From a virus, in IMG/VR virus record IMGVR_UViG_3300025636_000001, positions 1 to 64,000 of that record: a DNA stretch of 64,000 nt; one strand, given 5' to 3'. Positions within the stretch are counted from its first letter, which is position 1, and every line of letters begins with the position of its first letter. Shown here in pieces: positions 29,190 through 37,300 of this stretch. The position numbers and the translations under genes are program-made. A model generated the notes under the pieces. That model searched no databases. It was given only the letters and a program-made list of their open reading frames with translations, and had not been told where the DNA came from.

Positions 29190-29432
29190 TTATCTTTTTT
29201 TCCCTTTATGTAATCCATGCTTGGCATGTTGTTTACCTTTTTTAGTAGCAGCTCTTTTCTTTTTATTTGCTGCTGCTAACTTTTTTCTACCTGCTGCAGT
29301 ACTTTTAAGTTTAGAAATAGTTTTAGCTGGAGCATATACTTCTCCAGTGTCTTTACTTTTTTTACCAGATGGTGTTCTCCATTTCTGTTTAGTCCATCTA
29401 TCTAAACTTTTTTGTGATGCTGCTTTTGCCAT
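29190..29432 (-). CDS. Small basic protein (DUF5872-like, C-terminal half)
   Basis: SQKSLDRWTKQKWRT.SGK...GEVYAP...NKKKR...GKQH. Confidence 0.65.
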   Translation of the reverse strand: MAKAASQKSLDRWTKQKWRTPSGKKSKDTGEVYAPAKTISKLKSTAAGRKKLAAANKKKRAATKKGKQHAKHGLHKGKKR

Positions 29433-29623
29433 TATTTTTTGGTTTTATATCCTCCACCTTTAGCTTTATACTGTTTAGCAAGCATTTGTGCTTTACGTGC
29501 AGACCACTGACCAGGGTTACCACCTTTACTTCCAGCTTTAATCTTATTAAATAAGTTTTTACGCATGGTTGGTTTTGTATAGTTACCTGCTTTGTTTACT
29601 GTACTTTTCTTTTTAGTTGCCAT
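29432..29623 (-). CDS. Small basic protein (DUF5872-like, N-terminal half)
   Basis: NYTKPTMRK.LF..IKAGSKGG.PGQWSARKAQMLAKQYK..GGGY. Confidence 0.7.
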   Translation of the reverse strand: MATKKKSTVNKAGNYTKPTMRKNLFNKIKAGSKGGNPGQWSARKAQMLAKQYKAKGGGYKTKK

Positions 29624-29626
29624 AAT

Positions 29627-30292
29627 TTATACATATGTTTTTTCAATATAATAAATTACGTCCCATATTTTAACATCTTCACCTACAGCACTTACCAACC
29701 ACTGATTACCATTAGCTACAAAATCAGCATCACCATAATACTTAAACATCATGTAAAAGTTCTGAGTTTCATTATTACCTTTAGTAAAAGACAAAGTTTG
29801 AGATACTCTTTCATATGGTGTAGAACCGCCACCTGTTAAAGATAAATCTAAATGTGCTTGTTCTACATTACCTGTTGAAGCTTTAAATGTTACAACCATA
29901 GTGTATGCACTATTTAATTTGTTTATTTGAATTTTTTCAGATGCAGGATCATAAAAAGGTTTAATATCATGCATGCTTGTTTCAATAGAAAAACCAGCAT
30001 TGTTTGGTAAAACAACAGGTGTAGCATCTTCTATAACTGTAAATGGATCCAGCTCCGTATATTCTTTATCATCATAACGGGCCCAGCCTCCAACATAAGC
30101 AGATTTAATTGCTTGTATAAAATATTTTTTTAATCCTGCAATGCTTATTAAAGAAGGATGCATTTTAGGATTTGGTTTTAAAGCTTCTTGAGGATTATCA
30201 TAAGCTGCAGATATAATATAATCTTTATCTGTAGGTGTTTTAACTTTACGTCTTTTAATTAAACCTAATATATCTTGTAATACTGAATTCAT
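29627..30292 (-). CDS. Putative structural/tail-associated protein
   Basis: Shared N-terminal module (LQDILGLIKRR...PKM...LK) plus a beta-rich C-terminal domain. Confidence 0.6.
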   Translation of the reverse strand: MNSVLQDILGLIKRRKVKTPTDKDYIISAAYDNPQEALKPNPKMHPSLISIAGLKKYFIQAIKSAYVGGWARYDDKEYTELDPFTVIEDATPVVLPNNAGFSIETSMHDIKPFYDPASEKIQINKLNSAYTMVVTFKASTGNVEQAHLDLSLTGGGSTPYERVSQTLSFTKGNNETQNFYMMFKYYGDADFVANGNQWLVSAVGEDVKIWDVIYYIEKTYV

Positions 30293-30294
30293 TG

Positions 30295-30879
30295 TTATTG
30301 TATTAATGTTGTTAGTTCACCTGCATTATTTATACTAACTTCCCAAACATTTCCATCAGGAGAAGTAAGTAAAACTTTAGCAAGTTTTATATCTATAGTA
30401 TCTGTATTTTCAGTAACTTGAATACTATTATCATTATTAGTAATAGATTTAAATCTTAAACTTTCACCATTTTTATCTTTGTAAATACCATTACCTCCAC
30501 CAATATTTTGAGCAGTGTTAGGTTCACCGGCAGTAGATATTTCAATTTCATTATTGTTTTGAACTAAACTTATATTGTTACCAGTAACAGAGATGCTTCT
30601 TAAATTAACGGAGCATGGATTTGAAGTTGTATTTATATAAATACCAGCTCTTCCAGATGATGGTGCACCATTATCTAAATTAATATGAGCGCAAGGAACA
30701 GATGTTACTTTTAAATCTTTAGCTTTAACAAGCTTAACGCTCTTATAAGGTATTGGTGATGCAACTCCCAACATATCAGGTTTCTCATGTCTTCCAACAA
30801 CAATAAGGTCATCAGATGTGAGTTCTTCTACAAGTTGTTTTCTTTTAAATAAACTTAATATGTCTGTTAATATATTCAT
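30295..30879 (-). CDS. Putative structural/tail fibre-associated protein
   Basis: Shared N-terminal module; GEPNTAQNIGGGNGIYKDK..SLRFKSI repeats; LTSPDG.VWEVSINNAGELTT tail. Confidence 0.6.
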   Translation of the reverse strand: MNILTDILSLFKRKQLVEELTSDDLIVVGRHEKPDMLGVASPIPYKSVKLVKAKDLKVTSVPCAHINLDNGAPSSGRAGIYINTTSNPCSVNLRSISVTGNNISLVQNNNEIEISTAGEPNTAQNIGGGNGIYKDKNGESLRFKSITNNDNSIQVTENTDTIDIKLAKVLLTSPDGNVWEVSINNAGELTTLIQ

Positions 30880-31130
30880 TACTTTTTCTTTTTAGGACCG
30901 CTATAAGTGTTAGCAGTACTACCACCCATTCTCATTTTATTGACCATTTGATCTGACATATCCATTGATGCCCCACCATAAGTCATTTTGTTTAATAGTT
31001 TTTCACCACCGCTTTTCATATAACCCATTTTATTACGTACAGCTGTTGGTAATTTAGCTAAACCTTTATTGTCTTTTGGTACTGGTTTCATTTCACCACC
31101 TGGTTTATATTTTATTTTATCGTATCCCAT
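30879..31130 (-). CDS. Small basic protein with repeated (M/Y)xxGG motifs
   Basis: YKPGG, MKSGG, MTYGG, MRMGG; KGLAKLP..VRNKMGY. Confidence 0.65.
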   Translation of the reverse strand: MGYDKIKYKPGGEMKPVPKDNKGLAKLPTAVRNKMGYMKSGGEKLLNKMTYGGASMDMSDQMVNKMRMGGSTANTYSGPKKKK

Positions 31131-31142
31131 AATTTTTAATTT

Positions 31143-31289
31143 TTATTCTATGTCTAATGTTATTGTTAATACACCTAAATATAATTTAAAGGTATCATAT
31201 GAAAACTTTTCATCTGCTCCAATAAATTCCCATCCTAAAGCAAATCTGTCATGAGGCCAATGTAAAGCTAATTCTAAATTCCAATTCAT
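31143..31289 (-). CDS. Small beta-rich protein (48 aa, not in the ORF track)
   Basis: MNWNLELALHWPHDRFALGWEFIGADEKFSYDTFKLYLGVLTITLDIE; exactly fills the gap. Confidence 0.6.
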   Translation of the reverse strand: MNWNLELALHWPHDRFALGWEFIGADEKFSYDTFKLYLGVLTITLDIE

Positions 31290-31291
31290 AA

Positions 31292-31537
31292 TTACTCTTT
31301 ATTATTTTTATTACCCCAAACTTTATCAACTGAAGCTAAACCTAATGCACCAAATGCTAATGCTGCTACAGCATTAATCAATACAGCAGAAGGAGCAATA
31401 TGTTCTTCTGTAAATTGATTTGCAAATAAAGTAACACAAAGAGATATACCTGCAAGTATACCTATAAATCTTTTAGATGAAGCATTTCCTTTTTCATCTT
31501 TAAGTAAATCAGAAACCCAGTTAACTATTTTTTTCAT
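31292..31537 (-). CDS. Holin-like 2-TM membrane protein
   Basis: G.ASSKRFIG motif, two hydrophobic helices, charged C-terminus; start moved to 31537. Confidence 0.6.
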   Translation of the reverse strand: MKKIVNWVSDLLKDEKGNASSKRFIGILAGISLCVTLFANQFTEEHIAPSAVLINAVAALAFGALGLASVDKVWGNKNNKE

Positions 31538-31820
31538 TTTTATGTTTTTTAGGTGCACGTTTCTTACGTGGTTTAGCAGCAGGCTTTCTACCTTTTCTTG
31601 CTTTACCTTTAGCTGCATCTACAACATCTTTGGATTGTTTACCAACTTCTTTGATTGCATCTGCTACATCTGCAACTTCTTCTTTGACACGTTTAACACG
31701 TCTCTTTGTTTCTTTAACAACTTCAATTGCTTTTTCATCAACTGTAGTTTTAGACCAAAGTAATTTCCATGCTTTTGACAATGAGAAGTTCCAGATTTTA
31801 TTTAATACTTTTTTAAACAT
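31521..31820 (-). CDS. Amphipathic helical protein with a basic tail
   Basis: Amphipathic N-terminus, TTVDEKAIEVVKE, Lys-rich C-terminus. Confidence 0.65.
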   Translation of the reverse strand: MFKKVLNKIWNFSLSKAWKLLWSKTTVDEKAIEVVKETKRRVKRVKEEVADVADAIKEVGKQSKDVVDAAKGKARKGRKPAAKPRKKRAPKKHKNEKNS

Positions 31821-31856
31821 AATATTGATTTTATTTTGTAAATATAATAATTTTTT

Positions 31857-32168
31857 TTAAGACAAATTTTTAAGACGTTCATTTTCTTTTTCAAGAAAAT
31901 CAACCTTGACTCTTAAAGCATGAACTTCAGCTGTAAGATTAAGAACTTGTTTTCTCATAAGATCTTTTTCTTCTGAAGATTGAGCAAGTAAAGACTCCAT
32001 ATTTCTTACTCTTGCTTTTAAATCATCTCTGTATTGCATACCATCACTATTTACTTGATCAAATTTTTCTTTTTCTTTTTGTGTTTTATATCTTGTAGAT
32101 ATAAACTGCCATATGCCTGTAGATCCAGCAACTGTGATCAAAGTTAATATTATTTGAGTGATATCCAT
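31857..32168 (-). CDS. 1-TM coiled-coil protein (holin/antiholin-like)
   Basis: N-terminal hydrophobic helix ITVAGSTGIWQF followed by a heptad coiled coil. Confidence 0.6.
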   Translation of the reverse strand: MDITQIILTLITVAGSTGIWQFISTRYKTQKEKEKFDQVNSDGMQYRDDLKARVRNMESLLAQSSEEKDLMRKQVLNLTAEVHALRVKVDFLEKENERLKNLS

Positions 32169-32214
32169 TTTAAAATTTTTACATACATAAACAAAAAGAA
32201 AACATACAAATTCT

Positions 32215-32247
32215 TATATTTGCATACTATCTATATATAATATACAA
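32215..32247. promoter_or_regulatory. Divergent promoter region
   Basis: TATATTTG (+) at 32215-32222 and TTGTATATTA (-) at 32238-32247, between divergent gene blocks. Confidence 0.45.
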
Positions 32248-32300
32248 AATTCTGAATGAATTTTGAAATTTTAAACTTATAATCTTTAAATTACTATAAA

Positions 32301-32492
32301 ATGTCAAACGTAACTGAAAACACATTCAACCACAAAGTCAATTTTACATTGTTTCCATCAGAGCCTTTATTAGGTATTAACACAATTAACGCTCAAGTTA
32401 AATGTGCTGATGAGCAATTTAGAAACGTGCTAAGTATTGAAGTGGGTTTATTTTTTTTTAAAATTAGTTATTCCAATATGATTTGGAAATAA
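32301..32492 (+). CDS. Small beta-rich hypothetical protein
   Basis: 63-aa ORF with A-rich start context. Confidence 0.55.
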   Translation: MSNVTENTFNHKVNFTLFPSEPLLGINTINAQVKCADEQFRNVLSIEVGLFFFKISYSNMIWK

Positions 32493-32548
32493 TCTAATTT
32501 ACATTTGTAAGATACATCAATTTTTATTAAATTGATTATACACTAGAC

Positions 32549-32594
32549 AGCTATACTGCCAGCTTAAATGAGCTGGTTTTATAGCTATTTTTTT
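32549..32594 (+). terminator. Nested hairpin with T tract upstream of nrdB (terminator or attenuator)
   Basis: AGCTATA..CCAGCT-taaatg-AGCTGG..TATAGCT followed by T7. Confidence 0.5.
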
Positions 32595-32621
32595 CTATAA
32601 ACTATTATAAATTAACACATT

Positions 32622-33602
32622 ATGAGCAAAAATATTTTTATGCCTAGGGAAAACATAATGCCCTATGAATACCCGTCCTTACTTGATTATAAGGATGCTA
32701 TAAGACACTCTTATTGGATAGATACAGAGTACAACTTTACAACTGATATTGATGACTTTAAAACTAAAGTTTCAGATGAAGAACGTGAAGTTATTAAAAA
32801 AACAATGCTTGCTATTGCTCAAATTGAAGTTAATGTCAAAACCTTTTGGGCTGATCTTTACAAGAGAATGCCTATCACAGAAATTGGAGATGTTGGAATG
32901 ACATTTGCAGAATCTGAAGTAAGACACAAAGATGCATACGCAAGACTTCTTAGAATTCTAGGATTAGAAGAAGAATTTAAAACGGTTGTTGAGATACCTG
33001 CTATTGCTGGAAGAATTAAGTACTTAAAAAAGTACTTAGATGGTTCACGTAGTAGAGATGATAAGATGTACACTAAATCAGTACTTCTATTTTCTTTGTT
33101 TATTGAACATGTAAGTTTGTTTAGTCAATTCTTAATTATGATGTCCTTCAACAAAGAAAGAAATTTATTTAAAGGTATTTCCAACGTAGTTGAAGCAACA
33201 TCTAAAGAAGAAGATATTCACGGTAACTTTGGTGCAGAACTTATCAATATCATTAAAGAAGAAAACCCAGATTGGTTTGATGAAGAATTTAATGATTTAA
33301 TTTATTCAGCATGTAAAAAAGCATATGATGCTGAGTGTAGCATATTAGATTGGATCTTTGAAAAAGGAGAACTTGAGTTTTTACCAAAGCAGACTATATA
33401 TCACTTTATAAAAAACAGGTTCAATAACTCTTTAGCTAAAATTGGAATGAATCCTATATTTGAAGTTGACACCAATTTATTAGAGTCAACAAAATGGTTT
33501 GAGGTAGAAATTACAGCAACCAAAGAAGGAGACTTCTTTTACAAAAAACAAATTGATTACAACAAAAAGTCCAAGGCAATAACCGAGGATGATTTATTTT
33601 AA
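32622..33602 (+). CDS. nrdB: Ribonucleotide reductase class I beta subunit
   Basis: ESEVRHKDAY and EEDIH metal ligands, IEHVSLFSQF, C-terminal DFF...DY.....EDDLF. Confidence 0.93.
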   Translation: MSKNIFMPRENIMPYEYPSLLDYKDAIRHSYWIDTEYNFTTDIDDFKTKVSDEEREVIKKTMLAIAQIEVNVKTFWADLYKRMPITEIGDVGMTFAESEVRHKDAYARLLRILGLEEEFKTVVEIPAIAGRIKYLKKYLDGSRSRDDKMYTKSVLLFSLFIEHVSLFSQFLIMMSFNKERNLFKGISNVVEATSKEEDIHGNFGAELINIIKEENPDWFDEEFNDLIYSACKKAYDAECSILDWIFEKGELEFLPKQTIYHFIKNRFNNSLAKIGMNPIFEVDTNLLESTKWFEVEITATKEGDFFYKKQIDYNKKSKAITEDDLF

Positions 33603-33616
33603 TAAACCAACAAATT

Positions 33617-35242
33617 ATGGAATACAAAAAATATTATTGGCTTAATGATGATAGCCGTACTTTTTTATCAAGGGGTTATATTTCAGAAACTCCAGAACAA
33701 AGAATCAAAGATATTTCTATTAAAGCAGAAAAATATTTGAATATAAAAGGCTTTGCAGAAAAGTTTGAAAACTATATGGCTAAAGGATATTACTCTTTGT
33801 CAACACCAGTTTGGATTAACTTTGGTAAAGCAAAAGGTTTACCTATCAGTTGTTATGGATCTAACGTTGATGACAACTTAGATAGTATCTTAAATGCTGG
33901 CCGTGAAATTGGAATGATGTCTAAATACGGAGGAGGTACTTCTGTATACTTAGGTAACATTAGACCTAGAGGTACAAAGATAACAACAGGTGGAACTGCA
34001 GATGGTCCTGTGCATTACGCTAGAATCTATGATACTGTAGTAGATGTATGTAAACAATCTGAGGCTCGTAGAGGTGCATGTGCTGCTTGGTTACCTGTAG
34101 AGCATCCTGATGTTTTAGAATTTTTAGAAATAGGTGGAGAAGGTAATCCTATTCAAAATCTACAATTTGGTATTACAGTAACAGATAAGTGGATTGAAGA
34201 AATGAAAGAAGGGGATTCTGATAAACGTAAGATTTGGGCTAAGATTATTCAAAAAAGAAATGAGTTTGGATTTCCATATATTATGTTTAAAGATAATTCT
34301 AATAATAATTCACCATATAAAGAATTAGGTTTAGATATTACAGCATCTAATTTATGTTCTGAGATTCAATTACCAACTGATTCATTCAATTCATTTGTAT
34401 GTTGTTTAGGTTCAATCAACTTATTGCATTGGGATGAAATTGTTAAAACAGATGCTATTGAAACTTACACTTTATTCTTAAATGCTGTTATAGATGAATT
34501 TATTACAAAGTCTAAAACAATGCCAGGTATGAGCAGAGCATACAACTTTGCAAAAGATCATAGAGCTGTTGGTTTAGGTGTAATGGGATGGCACTCTTAT
34601 CTACAGTCTAAGCTGATTGAGTTTGAATCAATGGAAGCTAAATTCTTAAACACAAGTATATTTAAAACAATTAAAGATAGATCTGAGGTAGCGTCCAAAG
34701 AACTATGTGAAGTTTATGGTGTAGAGTCAATTAGAGAAGGTTATGCAAATACTACATTAGTAGCTATTGCACCCACTAAATCAAGTTCATTTATTCATGG
34801 TCAAGTTTCTATGGGTATTGAACCAATTAAATCTAATTACTTTATCAAGGATCTTGCTAAGTCAAAGACTATATATAAGAATTCATTCTTAGAGTGTGAA
34901 TTAGCTAAGTATGATATGAATACTCCTCAAGTATGGGAAGACATCTTGAAAAAAGATGGAAGTGTGCAACACTTAGACTTTCCAACAAAAGCTGTATTTA
35001 AATCATTCATTGAGATTAGCCCTAAAGAAATAATTATTCAAGCGGGTGCTAGACAAAAGTTTATTGATCAAGCACAGTCATTAAACTTAATGATTCATCC
35101 AACAGTGCCAGCAAAAGATATTAATCAATTGTATTTATTTGCACATGAATCAGGAGTTAAGACTTTATACTATCAATTTAGTATGAGTTCTGCTCAAGCA
35201 TTTTCAAGAAATATTCTTGAATGTGCTAGCTGTGAAGGATAA
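33617..35242 (+). CDS. nrdA: Ribonucleotide reductase class I alpha subunit (no ATP cone)
   Basis: PISC, RRGA, ASNLCSEI, IAPTKSSS, KTLYY, C-terminal CASCEG. Confidence 0.95.
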   Translation: MEYKKYYWLNDDSRTFLSRGYISETPEQRIKDISIKAEKYLNIKGFAEKFENYMAKGYYSLSTPVWINFGKAKGLPISCYGSNVDDNLDSILNAGREIGMMSKYGGGTSVYLGNIRPRGTKITTGGTADGPVHYARIYDTVVDVCKQSEARRGACAAWLPVEHPDVLEFLEIGGEGNPIQNLQFGITVTDKWIEEMKEGDSDKRKIWAKIIQKRNEFGFPYIMFKDNSNNNSPYKELGLDITASNLCSEIQLPTDSFNSFVCCLGSINLLHWDEIVKTDAIETYTLFLNAVIDEFITKSKTMPGMSRAYNFAKDHRAVGLGVMGWHSYLQSKLIEFESMEAKFLNTSIFKTIKDRSEVASKELCEVYGVESIREGYANTTLVAIAPTKSSSFIHGQVSMGIEPIKSNYFIKDLAKSKTIYKNSFLECELAKYDMNTPQVWEDILKKDGSVQHLDFPTKAVFKSFIEISPKEIIIQAGARQKFIDQAQSLNLMIHPTVPAKDINQLYLFAHESGVKTLYYQFSMSSAQAFSRNILECASCEG

Positions 35243-35282
35243 AACTATCATTAAGACGTAAAAAGACTTTTAATGCTAGTTA

Positions 35283-35329
35283 AAACAAACAAAGACCGGT
35301 CATATAATGTGGCTGGTCTTTCTTGTTTT
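35283..35329 (+). terminator. Rho-independent terminator after nrdA
   Basis: AAAGACCGGTCA-tataatg-TGGCTGGTCTTT followed by CTTGTTTT. Confidence 0.75.
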
Positions 35330-35342
35330 ACATTCTTAAAAG

Positions 35343-35352
35343 TTGTATATTA
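35343..35352 (+). promoter_or_regulatory. TTGTATATTA candidate promoter of the signalling operon
   Basis: Lies between the nrdA terminator and the ATG at 35389; same motif at 3038 and 32238. Confidence 0.4.
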
Positions 35353-35388
35353 TTATATAAATACTTATGTATATTTTAATATAATATT

Positions 35389-35589
35389 ATGAAAGAATTA
35401 CTTAATAGCATTACTGATACCCGTATGGTTTATCTTTTAATGTCAATTGTTTTATTGACAGGTTATTTTTTTCAATCATGGAGTGTAGTAATATTTGTAA
35501 CATTTATGTTAAACGTTGGTGTATGGACGGGGTTTTGTCCTAGCAAATGGTTCTTTGCTAAATGTGGTTTTAGAAAAGCTGATTTATAA
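35389..35589 (+). CDS. Small 2-TM membrane protein, YgaP/DUF2892-like
   Basis: Two hydrophobic helices followed by GVWTGFCP; TAATG-coupled to the kinase. Confidence 0.6.
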   Translation: MKELLNSITDTRMVYLLMSIVLLTGYFFQSWSVVIFVTFMLNVGVWTGFCPSKWFFAKCGFRKADL

Positions 35590-36869
35590 TGAAAGCACTT
35601 TCAGGTTTATCAATTAACTCTAAAATATCTTTAGGAGTTGCTTTAGTTATCATGATGACATTCTTCATGGTGCAGACCTGTATTGTTTTTGGTTTATGTG
35701 AGCCTTCATTAGAATTAGCTAAATTTGGCTGGGGTTGTGTAGTGTTTTTCATGCCCCCTTTTTTTAAAGTTGTGCAAGAATTTGTCAGCAACATTAAAAG
35801 AAAAGAAGAAAATATAGATGTTTATTTAAATGCTATTGATAAATCTAATCTAGTTGTTATACTGAACATTGATGGTTATGTTTTAGAAGCAAATCAAAAC
35901 TTTTGCTCAGTAATGGGGTATCAAGAAAAAGATTTAAAAAATAAGCTTCACAAAAATTTAGTACCTAAAGAATATAATGAAAGTAAAGAATACTTTAACT
36001 TTTGGAAAACATTAAAAGAAGGTAAAAGTATAACTGGTGAATTTGAACGTATAGGGAAAAATGGAAAAAGTGTTTGGTTATTTGGTAATTATACCCCTAT
36101 TCAAAATAAAGCAGGTAAATATACTAGGGTCTTAAAAATAGCAACTGATATAACAACTCAACATGAGGCTGAGATAATAGTAAATCAAAAGAATACTTAT
36201 TTAGAATATGCAGCAAAAATCATACGTCATGATATGCACAGTGGTATCAATACTTACTTACCAAGAGGAATTAAGTCCCTTAACCGCAGACTTAGTCAAG
36301 AAAATATTAAAGATCTAAAAATAAGTGCTCCTTTAAAATTAATAAGTGATGGTTTAGATCATACACAAAAAGTTTATAAGGGTGTATACGAGTTTACAAA
36401 TCTTGTTAAAGAGAATGCACAGCTTACCACTGAACAAAATGATGTAACTGAAATACTAAAAGATTATCTAAGACTAACAGCTTACAAAAACAGCGTTATC
36501 TTATCTGATGACTTACCTAAAACATTGGAAATAAATAGAGCTTTATTTTGCACAGCTGTAGATAATTTTATTAGAAATGGATTAAAGTATAATGATAGTG
36601 GTACAAAATGGGTTAAGATTTATCTTGAATCAAAAATTATAAATAGCAAAACAAAAAACTTTATTGTTATTGAAGATAATGGTAGAGGTATTACAGGTGA
36701 AGAATTTACAAAATTATCAAAACCATACATACGTAAAGAAGATCAAAGTGAAACTGGAACTGGATTAGGATTAAATATTTCTATTGCAATTTTAGAAGAG
36801 CATGGGTTTAAAGTTCACGCAGAAAAAAAACAAAAAGATAACGGTACAAAAATATATATAAGGTTATGA
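35589..36869 (+). CDS. Membrane-anchored PAS-domain sensor histidine kinase
   Basis: 2 TM; PAS/PAC (ANQNFC...FWKTLKEG..TGEFERIGKNGKSVW....TP.....IATDIT); H-box RHDMHS; N-box NFIRNGLKY; G1 IEDNGRGI; G2 GTGLGL. Confidence 0.92.
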   Translation: MKALSGLSINSKISLGVALVIMMTFFMVQTCIVFGLCEPSLELAKFGWGCVVFFMPPFFKVVQEFVSNIKRKEENIDVYLNAIDKSNLVVILNIDGYVLEANQNFCSVMGYQEKDLKNKLHKNLVPKEYNESKEYFNFWKTLKEGKSITGEFERIGKNGKSVWLFGNYTPIQNKAGKYTRVLKIATDITTQHEAEIIVNQKNTYLEYAAKIIRHDMHSGINTYLPRGIKSLNRRLSQENIKDLKISAPLKLISDGLDHTQKVYKGVYEFTNLVKENAQLTTEQNDVTEILKDYLRLTAYKNSVILSDDLPKTLEINRALFCTAVDNFIRNGLKYNDSGTKWVKIYLESKIINSKTKNFIVIEDNGRGITGEEFTKLSKPYIRKEDQSETGTGLGLNISIAILEEHGFKVHAEKKQKDNGTKIYIRL

Positions 36870-37300
36870 TAAATACATTGATGTTGATTGATGATGAGAA
36901 TCTCTTTCATTTAGTGTTTGAAGATGCATGTTCAATGCTAGATATAGCATTATCAATACAATCACTAGACAGTAGTGATGAAGCAGATAAAATGTTTAAA
37001 AGTTGGTTTCCAGATAATGATGAGGAAAAACCTGAGTGTGTCTTTGTGGATCTAAATATCATTGGTTCTAGCTTTGATGGCATAGAAATGATTAGGAAAA
37101 TAAATCAGGATTATGGTAATGGTTGTGTTATTGGAATTATTTCTAGTAGTTCAGATCAAGAAGAAATTGAGAAAGCCAAAGCAGTAGGTGCTCAGTTTTG
37201 GATTATTAAGTCTGATGACATTGAACCAAGACTGGAAGAATTTCATAAAGATTATGAAGGGTATGTTAGTAAAACAAATCCTTTCAAAGTATACAGATGA
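36866..37300 (+). CDS. Stand-alone response regulator receiver protein
   Basis: LIDDE acidic pocket, PECVFVDLNI phospho-acceptor Asp, DGIEM, ISSS, GAQFWIIK conserved Lys; no output domain. Confidence 0.9.
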   Translation: MINTLMLIDDENLFHLVFEDACSMLDIALSIQSLDSSDEADKMFKSWFPDNDEEKPECVFVDLNIIGSSFDGIEMIRKINQDYGNGCVIGIISSSSDQEEIEKAKAVGAQFWIIKSDDIEPRLEEFHKDYEGYVSKTNPFKVYR

